A stretch of 60,094 bases of DNA, filler included, from Nanobdellati archaeon (lineage in GTDB: Archaea; Nanobdellota; Nanobdellia; Woesearchaeales; JAADFO01), in the NCBI GenBank assembly GCA_013152815.1. It is 4 parts of 4 records of this genome, joined end to end, with 100 filler letters (N's around TTAATTAATTAA, not from the genome) between each part and the next. Parts side by side here need not be neighbours in the genome. Positions count along the whole stretch, not along the records: positions 18,244 to 36,841 come from JAADFO010000054.1; 3 more parts are not named here. One strand, written 5' to 3'. Below, piece by piece: positions 19,595 to 29,526 of the stretch. Made by a program: the position numbers and the translations under genes. The notes beneath the pieces are model-generated. The model made no database searches and was not told the DNA's origin. It saw only the letters and a program-made list of their open reading frames with translations. Numbering within the stretch: position 1 is the first letter of the stretch; each line of letters starts with the position of its first letter.

Positions 19595-22431
19595 GCGCGG
19601 GACCTGGCCTTCTTCTTCCTGCCCGGCTTTTTCCGGGCATGCCCTTTCTTCTTCCCTGAGGCCTTCTTCGCAGACGGACCGAATTCCTGGAAGAGATAGA
19701 CCCCTACCAGAAGCAGTCCGAGTGCCAGGATGATGATGGTGAACACCAGTCCGGAACGGTCTGGCTCCTCCTGTCCTTTGGTGGCATGGCCGGTGACTGC
19801 ATTGGTGTCCTTCTCGACAGGCGCCTTCTTCTCTTCCGGTGCCTGCGCCGTCCCGCTGTCTTCGGGCGGCTGCTCTTTCACCTTCACGGTCTCTTCGGGC
19901 AGGGTGTCGCTCGCCGTGTCCTTTGCAGGCGTCTCTGCAGCGATCGCGAAATAGGAGAAGCCCGGTGTCATGGCCTCGAAGATGGCGTTCTGCCCATCAT
20001 AGGTCACCTGTCTGGTCGTGAGCCTGTTCCATTTCCCGTCGTGCCATCGGAATGCCACGATGTCAGCTTCGCTGACCTTGTTCTCTTTCAGCCAGTCGTT
20101 GCTCACCGCGAACCTGAAGAGCGCTTCATCTATGGATCCCTGAGGAAGTCCGGTCGTCTCGATCTGCAGATAGTGATAGACGATGCCTGCAGGAGTCTCG
20201 ACGTCCTGAGGCTGTGAGACCAGCTCTCCGACATCCATGTCCACCTGGTCGAGAGGCGCTGTCACCTTGACCCTGACCTGCCGGACAGGGATGTTCACGT
20301 TGTCCAGGTCGAACTCGAGCCAGCTGTCTCCTGTTATCCCTGACCAGCCATAGGAAAGACTGTCTCCTTTGATGCTGCTGCCCGAACTCCTGCCGCTTCC
20401 GCCACCGCCTCCTCCGCTGTGCGAGGTGACCGTCGGGGACACGCAGTTCTCATCAACCTCTCCATCACAGTTGTTGTCGATGTTGTCGTCGCAGACCTCT
20501 TCGGCTCCGGGATGGGTGTTGCTGTCGGCATCGTTGCAGTCTGCTCCGAGCAGGCACATGCTGCCGTAGCCGTCGCCGTCCTGGTCCCTGCATTGCTGCT
20601 TCACGCCGCTGTGGGACAGGCCGCTGATCCTCATCCGGGTCTCATTGTCGACCAGGGTGCAGGCGTAGCCTCCATGGTCCAGACCGTCGCAGATGACGAA
20701 GGTCTCTCCTGTCTGGGTGCATCCGAGGGATATCTGTTCCAACGATACGTTGTCCAGGTCACGGACACAGACCGCATTGACGCTGCTGCTCCTGTCCATA
20801 TACACGGTCTTGGTGTTGTTCTCACCCAGATCAAGGCCATTGATGATCAATGAGGACGGATCGGTGCCTGCCTCGATGGAGACAGGAGTCAGATCGAGGG
20901 TGCTGTTGGTGAAATTGTAGTCAAACTCGATGATGAGCGTCTGGTTGCTGAACAGCTCGACCAGATTTGTCCCGTCAAAGGTCTGGTTGGTCTCGTTGGA
21001 GCCGTTGATCCCCAGGTTCAGGTCAGGGATGTTCCCTGCTATGAAGGAAGCGTCCCCCCAGAGGTTGTCCACATCGTTGAGAAGGCCGTCACCGTCGATG
21101 TCGGCATCGCAGGAATCTCCCTGTCCGTCAAGATCGAGGTCTTCCTGACCCGGGTCTGCCACCGCAGGGCAGACGTCACAGCTGTCTCCGATGGTGTCGT
21201 TGTCGGTGTCGTTCTGGTCTGGGTTGCTGATGAGCATGCAGTTGTCGCAGGCGTCTCCGATGGTGTCGTTGTCTGCGTCTGCCTGGTCTGGATTGTTGAT
21301 GAACGCGCAGTTGTCCTGGTCGTCCTGGAGGCCGTCGAAGTCGCTGTCCAGGAACTCCTCATTGTCGTCGGCCGTGAAGCAGCCCTGGTCATCGGGATAG
21401 TCGATGGTGCCGTCCTGGTCATTGTCCACGCCGTCATTGCATTGCTGGGTGATGATGCAGCCGGACGAGCAGCCATCACCATTGATGTTGTTGCCGTCGT
21501 CGCACTGCTCTTCGGGGTCGAGGGTGCCATCTCCGCAGGATTCGAGCTGGCAGGTCGCCGAGCAGCCGTCGCCGTCGTCGAGGTTGCCGTCGTCGCAGGC
21601 TTCCACGCCGACGTACAGCGAGCCATCTCCGCAGATGTTGTCCTGGCAGGAGGCGGTGCAGCTGTCGTTGTCGTCGAGGTTGCCGTCGTCGCAGGCTTCA
21701 GGGGGGTTGATCGTCCCGTCGCCGCAGTAGGGTCCTTCGGCCGTCTGGTTCGTGCAGGAGGCATCACAGAACGTGCAGGAGTCTCCATAGTCTGGTGTGC
21801 AGGCGTCGCCGTTGAGGGAACCGTCGTCGCATTCTTCGGTCCCTTCGATGATGCTGTTGCCGCAGATCTGGGTCTGTTCAAGGGTGCAGGTGGAGGAGCA
21901 GCCATCACCGTCAAGGGTGTTGCCGTCGTCGCATTCTTCGGCCCCTTCGATGATGCTGTTGCCGCAGACCGAGCCGGTCAAGGTCTCGGTCGTGCAGGTC
22001 TCTGTGCAGTAGTCGCATGATCCTCCATCGGGAGGGGTGCAGGCGTCGCCGTTGAGGGAACCGTCGTCGCATTCTTCGGTCCCTTCGACGATGTGGTTGC
22101 CGCAAACGTCAGAGCCCTGGTAGACCCATGTATCGATGGTGATGTTCTCGTTGTTGTTCCAGTCGAGCGCCACCCATGCCAACGGCGGGTGCTGGAGATT
22201 GACTTCTCCGTTGATTGCAGAGGTCATATTTCCATCGATCCTGATGCTGGATGAGAAAGAAAGGATTGTGGCGGCGATGAATTCGTAGTCTGTCCCGTTG
22301 ATGTTGACGGTCTTCGCCACCTGCCAGTCAAGGTTGACGATCTCTCCTGAGACAGCCATGGCCCCAAGGATGCCGAGAATAGCGATGATCATGATGGTGA
22401 CGAGAGTCCTGTAGGTGTGTGTGGTCTTCAT
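19588..22431 (-). CDS. Membrane-anchored surface protein with Myxococcus-type Cys-rich repeats, TSP3-like Ca-binding repeats and a PGF-pre-PGF domain
   Basis: Signal peptide; CG....EECDDGN repeats; DQ.D.D.D.IGD.CD repeats; TPGFSYFAI; C-terminal TM and basic tail. Confidence 0.88.
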   Translation of the reverse strand: MKTTHTYRTLVTIMIIAILGILGAMAVSGEIVNLDWQVAKTVNINGTDYEFIAATILSFSSSIRIDGNMTSAINGEVNLQHPPLAWVALDWNNNENITIDTWVYQGSDVCGNHIVEGTEECDDGSLNGDACTPPDGGSCDYCTETCTTETLTGSVCGNSIIEGAEECDDGNTLDGDGCSSTCTLEQTQICGNSIIEGTEECDDGSLNGDACTPDYGDSCTFCDASCTNQTAEGPYCGDGTINPPEACDDGNLDDNDSCTASCQDNICGDGSLYVGVEACDDGNLDDGDGCSATCQLESCGDGTLDPEEQCDDGNNINGDGCSSGCIITQQCNDGVDNDQDGTIDYPDDQGCFTADDNEEFLDSDFDGLQDDQDNCAFINNPDQADADNDTIGDACDNCMLISNPDQNDTDNDTIGDSCDVCPAVADPGQEDLDLDGQGDSCDADIDGDGLLNDVDNLWGDASFIAGNIPDLNLGINGSNETNQTFDGTNLVELFSNQTLIIEFDYNFTNSTLDLTPVSIEAGTDPSSLIINGLDLGENNTKTVYMDRSSSVNAVCVRDLDNVSLEQISLGCTQTGETFVICDGLDHGGYACTLVDNETRMRISGLSHSGVKQQCRDQDGDGYGSMCLLGADCNDADSNTHPGAEEVCDDNIDNNCDGEVDENCVSPTVTSHSGGGGGGSGRSSGSSIKGDSLSYGWSGITGDSWLEFDLDNVNIPVRQVRVKVTAPLDQVDMDVGELVSQPQDVETPAGIVYHYLQIETTGLPQGSIDEALFRFAVSNDWLKENKVSEADIVAFRWHDGKWNRLTTRQVTYDGQNAIFEAMTPGFSYFAIAAETPAKDTASDTLPEETVKVKEQPPEDSGTAQAPEEKKAPVEKDTNAVTGHATKGQEEPDRSGLVFTIIILALGLLLVGVYLFQEFGPSAKKASGKKKGHARKKPGRKKKARSRAQ

Positions 22432-22793
22432 GTTCGTGCCCCCTTGTTCTTTTTGTTCTGCATGGTGGATTCTGCTCAAAAGCGTACCATCCTCTTTTCC
22501 ACCCTCCTCTTGTTACTACTGGTGAATGTAATTTTATATATAAATGTTTGGGTGCGTTGTTACTGTGCAATAACACCTTTTCCCGGCGACCTTCTCTTTC
22601 CCTCTCCCGGCCAAAGAGATGCACCGGAGAACATCTCCAGAGCCCCAGGCAATAACTATATAAATGAGAAGTGAAGGAGAAAACCCATCGTCAGCACTCT
22701 TCAGGATTCCCTGTCCAGAAACCATGTCCCCTTACCTCCTGCGGGATGCCTGAGGATCCATATTGCACGTTCAGACGATTGAGAGGTTGATGG

Positions 22794-25700
22794 ATGACCA
22801 GGATCAACAAGATAGTGATGACTGATTTCAAGTCCTTCTCCAACAAGACCGAGCTCGATTTCGGCAAGAACTTCAACTGCATTCTCGGCCCCAACGGCTC
22901 AGGAAAGTCCAATGTCTTGGACGCCATCTGCTTTGTCCTGGGCAAGGGCTCTTCCAAGGGTCTTCGGGTGGAGAAGGCCACCAATCTCATCTACAACGGC
23001 GGCAAGACAAGGAAGCCGGCCAAGAAAGGGGAGGTGGCCATCTACTTCGACAACACCGACAAGACCTTTCCCCTGAACGAGAAGGAAGTCAAGATAGCGC
23101 GGATCGTCAGGTCCACCGGCCAGTCCGAATACCGCATCAATGACAAGCGACGGACGCGGGCCCAGGTGTTGGACCTCCTTTCTGTCGCCAGGATAAACCC
23201 TGACGGCTACAACATCATCCTCCAGGGCGACATCATATCCTTTGTGGAGATGAGCCCCGAAAGGCGGAGGATGACCATCGAAGAGGTCTCCGGCATCTCC
23301 ATCTATGAAGAGAAGAAAAAGAAGGCCATGAACGAGCTCAATAAGGTGGAGGCAAAATTTCAGGAGTCAGAGATCATCATGAACGAACGGAAATCCCGGC
23401 TCAGGGAACTCAAGACAGACCGGGACCAGGCCATCAAGTCCAAGGAGGTGGACGACCAGCTCAAGAGCACCCGGTCGACCCTCCTCTCCATCCGTATCGA
23501 GAACAGGAAAGGACGGCTGGCAAAGCTTGAGAAGAGCCGGGCAGATGCCAAGGACCGCATGGAGAAGCTCACCGGCAGGGTGAGCGACATCCTCGGGAAG
23601 ATCACCGGGAAGCGCGATGAGGTCAAACAGACATCCCATGAGATCGAAGAGAAAGGGGAGACAGAATCCCTTGCCATACAGAAGGAGATCGAATCCCTGA
23701 AGATGTCGCTGGCAGCCAACCAGGAACGCATCGCCAGCGTCAAGAAAGAGATATCCCGCATCCGGGAAAGGGAGGCGCAGCTCAAATCTTCGTCCCGCGA
23801 GACCGACCAGCGGATCAAGGCCATGCGTCAGGAGATCACGACGCAGGAAACAGCGCACAAGAAGGCCGAACAGGAACTCTCTGAAGTCAGGAAGAAGATA
23901 GAGCTCTTCAAGAGGAAGAACAAGCTCGACGAAGCAGGCACCATGGAGAAGGAGATAACCGAGCTTGACAGGGCTGCCGATGAGAAGCAGGAAGCCATCG
24001 CGACGCTCCGGGAGCGGCAGCAGGAGCTGTTCCGCGAGAAGGACAGTCTCGACCTGCAGATCAACACCCTGGACGAGAAGATATCCAAGGTGAAAGCGGT
24101 CGAGACCGAAAACAAGCAGGAGCTCGGCAGGCTCAAGCTCATGAAGGAGACCTTCAAGAAAGCGGTCCATGAGCTCTCAGGACTCCTCCGTGAAGATGAA
24201 CAGATCGTCTCCCAACTGGGGACTGCCCGGGGCCAGCTTGTCATGGCCGATGAAAAACTGGCAAGGATGCATACCCAGCAGAGCCACCTGACCGAAAAGG
24301 CATCACGAAGCAGGGCCATAGACCTTATCCTTGAGAACAAGACGTCCCTGAAGGGGGTCCGTGACCTGGTCTCGAACATAGGACACGTATCGCAGAAATA
24401 CGCATTGGCGTTGGAGGTCGCGGCAGGCCCGCGGATCAAGAGCATAGTCGTCGATGATGATGGCGTCGCTGCACGATGCATCAGGTTCCTCAAGGACAAG
24501 CGCTCAGGGGTCGCCACATTCCTTCCTCTCAACAAGATCCGGCCGGGAAGGGAACCCTCTGCAGAGGTCCGTTCACTCTCCAAGGCACAGGGAGTCGTCG
24601 GATTCGCCTCAGACCTTATCAGCTATGATCCGGAATACAAGAAGATCATCTCCTATGTCTTCGGAGACACCCTGGTCGTCCGGGACATCAATGCAGGCAG
24701 ACGGCTGGGCATCGGCAAGGCACGCATGGTCACCCTGGAAGGGGATCTGCTCGAACAGTCCGGAGCCATGCATGGCGGCTTTCGGCAGAAGGAACGGAAA
24801 TACTCCTTCCGGCAGGATGAGCTGCTCAAAGAGCTCTCTTCCCTCCAGCAGGCCTCCTCTGACTACCAGGCCCTGGTCTCGAAGCTCGAGAAGGCCCGGG
24901 CATCCAACGAAGAGCGCATCACCGACCTCCGGAAGAAGAAGGCAGACCTGGAGGGGGACATCATCCGGCTGGAGAAGAGCCTCCACCTTGATTCCTCTGA
25001 TCTGGAATCCAGCAAGAAGGTGAAATCAGAGCTGCAGGAACAGCTGGGCAGGGTGGAGAAAGAGCTCCAGACCATAACCGACCAGATCTCTTCTTTGAAC
25101 AAGGACCTCGCAGGACTCAAGATGCGAAAGCAGAAGCTCCGGGGAGAGATGACCGACCTCAGGAACCCAAGGCTCCTCGCCGAACTCAATACCTATGAAC
25201 AGAAGAAGGACGAGCTGGTCCTCTCCCTTGTCGAGAAGACCAGCGAGATCAAGAGCCTCAGGCAACAGATCGAGACCATCATGGGTCCGGAGATGGAAAG
25301 CACCGAGAAGATCCTTCGGCAGCATCGTAAGGAAGCCGAGGATTTTGCAGAGGAGATAAAGCTCCTGCAGGCGAAGAGCCTTTCCCAGGAGAAAGAGCTC
25401 AAGGAGAAGGAGAAACTCCAGGCATCCTTCTATAAGCAGTTCCGGGGCCTCTTCGAGAAACGGGACAGGCTCCAGGAAGAGGTCCGCAAGCTTGAAGAGC
25501 GTCTCAAGGAGGACGAGTTCAAGATAAAAGACATGGAGAACAGGATCAACAACATCTCGCTGGACCATGCTCGCATCTCCTCCGAGCTCACAGGCCTGGA
25601 GGCCGAATACGAGCAGTTCAAGGAGTACCCGAAGATCTCCGGCAAGACCGAACAGGAACTGCAGATGGACTACACCAACCTCAACGCCAGGAAGCTGCGG

Positions 25701-26291
25701 CTCGGGAACGTGAACATGCGTGCACTGGAACTCTATGACCGGGTGGAGAAGGAGTTCAATGAGCTCGTGAAGAAGAAAGAGCTGCTCATGGCCGAACGCG
25801 AGGACGTCATCATGATGATGAACGAGATCGAGACCAAGAAGACCGGTCTCTTCCTGAAGAGCTTCGACCGGGTCAACGAGGATTTCAAGAACATCTTCGG
25901 TCAGCTTTCCACCAAGGGGGAAGCCTTCCTCGAGCTGGAAGTCCCTGAGCATCCCTTTGAAGGCGGCGTCCGGATCAACGTGCGCATCACCGGCAAGAAA
26001 TTCCTCGACATCAGGTCGCTCTCCGGAGGGGAGAAGACCCTGACGGCGTTGGCATTCATCTTCGCCATCCAGGAGGACGACCCTGCATCGTTCTATGTGC
26101 TCGACGAGGTGGATGCGGCCCTCGACAAGAGGAACTCGGAGAAGCTCTCTGCGCTCATCAACCGGTATTCTGAGCGGTCACAATATGTGGTCATCTCCCA
26201 TAACGACGGCATCATCTCCTCGGCAGGATCGCTCTATGGCATCTCCATGGACCAGCACGGCCAGAGCAAGGTCGTGTCCCTGAAGATCTGA
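22794..26291 (+). CDS. smc: Chromosome segregation protein SMC
   Basis: GPNGSGKSN Walker A, coiled coils, hinge, LSGGEK signature, LDEVDAALD. Confidence 0.97.
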   Translation: MTRINKIVMTDFKSFSNKTELDFGKNFNCILGPNGSGKSNVLDAICFVLGKGSSKGLRVEKATNLIYNGGKTRKPAKKGEVAIYFDNTDKTFPLNEKEVKIARIVRSTGQSEYRINDKRRTRAQVLDLLSVARINPDGYNIILQGDIISFVEMSPERRRMTIEEVSGISIYEEKKKKAMNELNKVEAKFQESEIIMNERKSRLRELKTDRDQAIKSKEVDDQLKSTRSTLLSIRIENRKGRLAKLEKSRADAKDRMEKLTGRVSDILGKITGKRDEVKQTSHEIEEKGETESLAIQKEIESLKMSLAANQERIASVKKEISRIREREAQLKSSSRETDQRIKAMRQEITTQETAHKKAEQELSEVRKKIELFKRKNKLDEAGTMEKEITELDRAADEKQEAIATLRERQQELFREKDSLDLQINTLDEKISKVKAVETENKQELGRLKLMKETFKKAVHELSGLLREDEQIVSQLGTARGQLVMADEKLARMHTQQSHLTEKASRSRAIDLILENKTSLKGVRDLVSNIGHVSQKYALALEVAAGPRIKSIVVDDDGVAARCIRFLKDKRSGVATFLPLNKIRPGREPSAEVRSLSKAQGVVGFASDLISYDPEYKKIISYVFGDTLVVRDINAGRRLGIGKARMVTLEGDLLEQSGAMHGGFRQKERKYSFRQDELLKELSSLQQASSDYQALVSKLEKARASNEERITDLRKKKADLEGDIIRLEKSLHLDSSDLESSKKVKSELQEQLGRVEKELQTITDQISSLNKDLAGLKMRKQKLRGEMTDLRNPRLLAELNTYEQKKDELVLSLVEKTSEIKSLRQQIETIMGPEMESTEKILRQHRKEAEDFAEEIKLLQAKSLSQEKELKEKEKLQASFYKQFRGLFEKRDRLQEEVRKLEERLKEDEFKIKDMENRINNISLDHARISSELTGLEAEYEQFKEYPKISGKTEQELQMDYTNLNARKLRLGNVNMRALELYDRVEKEFNELVKKKELLMAEREDVIMMMNEIETKKTGLFLKSFDRVNEDFKNIFGQLSTKGEAFLELEVPEHPFEGGVRINVRITGKKFLDIRSLSGGEKTLTALAFIFAIQEDDPASFYVLDEVDAALDKRNSEKLSALINRYSERSQYVVISHNDGIISSAGSLYGISMDQHGQSKVVSLKI

Positions 26292-26320
26292 ACTGTTCGG
26301 GAAGTCCCTGTCTTTTTTCT

Positions 26321-27520
26321 TTACCGCTCCTGTTCCGCTCTCTTTTCAATGGGCGAGCGTCTCAGGAAGATATCCCGTATCTCTCTCTTGGTCCGGTCCC
26401 AGGAATAGTTGTCGACCATGGTCTTCCGTGCCAGTTGGGACATGGCTTCCCGCATGACGGAGTTCTTTATGAGCGTCTCCAGACGGAGGGAGAGTACGGC
26501 AGAATTCTGTTTAGGGAAGAAGAACCCGTTGACCCGTTCCTTGACATAGCGCTTCACATAGCCCACCTTGGTGGTCACCGCCGGCACTCCACAGGCCATG
26601 GCTTCCATGGTGGAAAGCGACGTGGTCTCGGTGAGCGACGGCAGCACATAGATGTCCATGGCCTGGTAGTATGTCTGGATCTCGTCGGTCTCCCCCAGGA
26701 AGGTCACGTCTGGCCGGTCGGCGAAGAGCGTCTCGTAGCCCCTGACGCCTTTCCCACCTATGAGCAGGTGGATATGGTCATGCTCTTTCCGTAGCTTCCG
26801 AAATGACCTGAAGAGGGTCTCCAGGTCCTTCTCCCTTCCCAGCCGGCCTGCATAGCCGATGACGAGCTTCTCCGGATCGAGACCAAGCAGCTGCTTTGCC
26901 TTCGCTTTGGAACGTGGCGGCCTGAACCGCCGGATGTCGACGCCGAGATTGACGACCTTCTTGGGGACGGTGATGTGGTTGAACGAGAGGATCTCCGCGG
27001 TCTCCTTGTTGGGCACCAGGAGCAGGCTGCAGCGGTTATAGAGCAGGTTGGCTATCATCTTGGTGATGCCGTGCAGGGGATACCTGAGGATGTTCCATCG
27101 GGACAGGGCATTCATGGCCAGTTCCCATTCATAGGAATGGATGGTGGCTATAACCTCCTTATCATATCTTCGCCCATACCAGATGGCCAGCTTGCCGATG
27201 GGCATGATGGCCTGGGTCCAGACGATGTCTGTTTTCTTGACCTCTTCCCGGACGGCCCTGCAATGGTACTTCGGAGGATGATAATCCCCCACCCTGAAGC
27301 CGAAGGTCGGCAGCCGGATGATGGTGTATCCTTCCTCTTTGTCCTCATGGTCACTGTATTCAGGGAAGGCAGGCGCCAGGACGGTGATGTCGAAATGTTC
27401 TTTGAGGCCGGGGATGACCTCGTGGAGGAAACGGGCGATGCCGTCCCAGCGGGGGAGGAACGCGTCGGTCGCTATGAGCAGCCTCTTCTTTCCTGGCTTC
27501 CTCTTTTCTTTGGTTGTCAT
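26321..27520 (-). CDS. Glycosyltransferase family 4
   Basis: GRLGREK and PSLTETTSLSTMEAMACG motifs. Confidence 0.9.
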   Translation of the reverse strand: MTTKEKRKPGKKRLLIATDAFLPRWDGIARFLHEVIPGLKEHFDITVLAPAFPEYSDHEDKEEGYTIIRLPTFGFRVGDYHPPKYHCRAVREEVKKTDIVWTQAIMPIGKLAIWYGRRYDKEVIATIHSYEWELAMNALSRWNILRYPLHGITKMIANLLYNRCSLLLVPNKETAEILSFNHITVPKKVVNLGVDIRRFRPPRSKAKAKQLLGLDPEKLVIGYAGRLGREKDLETLFRSFRKLRKEHDHIHLLIGGKGVRGYETLFADRPDVTFLGETDEIQTYYQAMDIYVLPSLTETTSLSTMEAMACGVPAVTTKVGYVKRYVKERVNGFFFPKQNSAVLSLRLETLIKNSVMREAMSQLARKTMVDNYSWDRTKREIRDIFLRRSPIEKRAEQER

Positions 27521-27527
27521 GGTCCTT

Positions 27528-28163
27528 TCATCGTATCTTGTAGAAGATCTCTGCATATCTCATGTCGTTGGACAGCCCATTGTAGATGGCCTTGGCATAG
27601 ACGTTCCACATCAGGGAGAAAAGGGTGGGTTTCTGGGAGTGATGGCATCTGAATGCCTCTATCTTCTTCTGGAACGTGTCGGTGATGTCGATGACCAGTC
27701 GGGGTCTTTGCCGTTCACGGACGTTGATGGGATTCCAGATGTCGAAGGAGTACACCGGGATGTCACGATGTATGGTGTCCATCACCTCTGTCACGGCCTG
27801 GTGGACTGCCCGATGGTCAGGATGAGGGTCGTCTTTGGAATGGGTGAAGATCTTCTCCGGCCGCTGCGTAAGTATCAGGCGGCGGAGCTTCCCGGGGTCT
27901 ATCTGTTCACGGAACTTGCCTTCTTCGAGACCGATGAAGATGAGCTTCTCACCGCCAAGGACTCGGGCAGCATCTTCTGCCTCCTTCTTCCTGATGTTGA
28001 CTGTTATCTCTTTCTTCTGCCAGGGATGGGACTTCTCCCCATTCGAGAAGATGACGGTGACCACCTTCTTCCCTTCGGCGTTGTATTTCGCCAGGGTCCC
28101 TCCTGCTCCGATGATCTGGTCGTCATTATGGGCAGAGAAGACCAGGACCGTAGGTTTTCGCAT
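27528..28163 (-). CDS. PIG-L/LmbE-family deacetylase
   Basis: SAHNDD, HPDH and H.SQ motifs. Confidence 0.9.
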   Translation of the reverse strand: MRKPTVLVFSAHNDDQIIGAGGTLAKYNAEGKKVVTVIFSNGEKSHPWQKKEITVNIRKKEAEDAARVLGGEKLIFIGLEEGKFREQIDPGKLRRLILTQRPEKIFTHSKDDPHPDHRAVHQAVTEVMDTIHRDIPVYSFDIWNPINVRERQRPRLVIDITDTFQKKIEAFRCHHSQKPTLFSLMWNVYAKAIYNGLSNDMRYAEIFYKIR

Positions 28164-28237
28164 GTCCTCACTGAGTCTTCAGAAGTTAATAAAGGTTTTG
28201 GGACCTGGGACCCTGCACGAAACAGAGAACTCAGCTC

Positions 28238-28930
28238 TCAGTTCTTGAGGGCGAAGTTGATGGCGTCCTCATAGGCCGTCTTGGTGTAAAGGCCGTCCAG
28301 ACGGATGTTGTCTCCGATGAAGATGGTCGGTGTCTGGCTCACCTGTGCAGCCCGTCCGTCCCGGTAATCGTCCATCACTTCTGTCTTTCTTGCCTTGTCA
28401 TCGAAACAGCGGTCGAAGGCTTCTCTGTCCAGACCGAGGGAGGTTGCGATGGCCTTGAGCCTTGCTGCTGTGGCCTCGGGCTCACGGAACAGGGCGTCAT
28501 GGTACTCCTTGAACTTTCCCTGTTTGGCAGCACAACCGGCGGCCACAGCAGGGGTGACCGAGTCGCCATGGAGGCCTGTAGGCATGTCCCGATAGACGAA
28601 CTTCACCCGGTCTCCATATTCATCGATCAATTGGTCGAGGATGCCCTGGTTGAACTGTCGGGTGTATGGACATTTGTAGTCGCCGAACTCGATGACGGTC
28701 AGGCTCGCGTTCGCATCACCCATGACCGGATCATCATCAGCTCCAGGCCAGGTCGTCGTGGATCTGGAGTAGATGAAGAAGGCGATGCCGAATACGGCAA
28801 GGGCTATGATGCCGAAGAACACATAGGTCTTGGTGCGGTCGGTCCGCTGGACAGACGCGTGTTTCTCCTTCTGCTGGCCCTTGGCCTGCATCCGGAGCAG
28901 CTTCTTCCGCTCGTACTTGCTCATCGCCAT
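28238..28930 (-). CDS. Membrane-anchored DsbA-like thioredoxin-fold protein (CxxT variant)
   Basis: TM helix; EFGDYKCPYT; cis-Pro loop TPT. Confidence 0.85.
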   Translation of the reverse strand: MAMSKYERKKLLRMQAKGQQKEKHASVQRTDRTKTYVFFGIIALAVFGIAFFIYSRSTTTWPGADDDPVMGDANASLTVIEFGDYKCPYTRQFNQGILDQLIDEYGDRVKFVYRDMPTGLHGDSVTPAVAAGCAAKQGKFKEYHDALFREPEATAARLKAIATSLGLDREAFDRCFDDKARKTEVMDDYRDGRAAQVSQTPTIFIGDNIRLDGLYTKTAYEDAINFALKN

Positions 28931-28952
28931 CGTTACGGGAAGACCTGAAAGA

Positions 28953-29159
28953 TCAGAACACCTCTCCTTCTGCCGGCACGACCGTCACCGGCGTGCCTTC
29001 GAACGGTGCTGTCACTCCGCATCCACCACCATACTGGCCCTGCGGCGCATTATACGTCCTTCCCTGGGTGTTTCCTGAATTTGTCTGGGAGCTGCATCCT
29101 GTCAGGAAGACGATCCCTATGACCAGAAGAACAAAAATGAAAACCATGCTTTTCTTCAT
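28953..29159 (-). CDS. Small putative lipoprotein
   Basis: MKK plus hydrophobic stretch plus LTGC lipobox-like motif. Confidence 0.65.
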   Translation of the reverse strand: MKKSMVFIFVLLVIGIVFLTGCSSQTNSGNTQGRTYNAPQGQYGGGCGVTAPFEGTPVTVVPAEGEVF

Positions 29160-29526
29160 CTTTTCACCCCCCTCTTTTATGTCTTACCTATAGTCTGTTA
29201 CTCTATTGTATATGCTTATTTTGGACATGGTCTATCATTTAAATGGTTTATGAAACAGCCCTTTTTCCCGAGGGAAAGCTTTATTAATCTGGCAGGGTTA
29301 GCCGGCACTGCTCGCAGACAGTGACCCTTATAAGGGAGACACAGCAGGCCTGTGCTTTTTTCGGGTGTTTCCTGCGGATGAAAAAAGAGGTTCTCCGGCT
29401 CTTGTGACGATATGTTTCAGGATGTTGTCCATGTCTGATGTGCAGACAGATTACAGGGGGCATGCTCATCCAGAAAAGGGCCTGACCGGATGCAGAGGCT
29501 CTTTATTTGGGAATGATTATTTGAGG

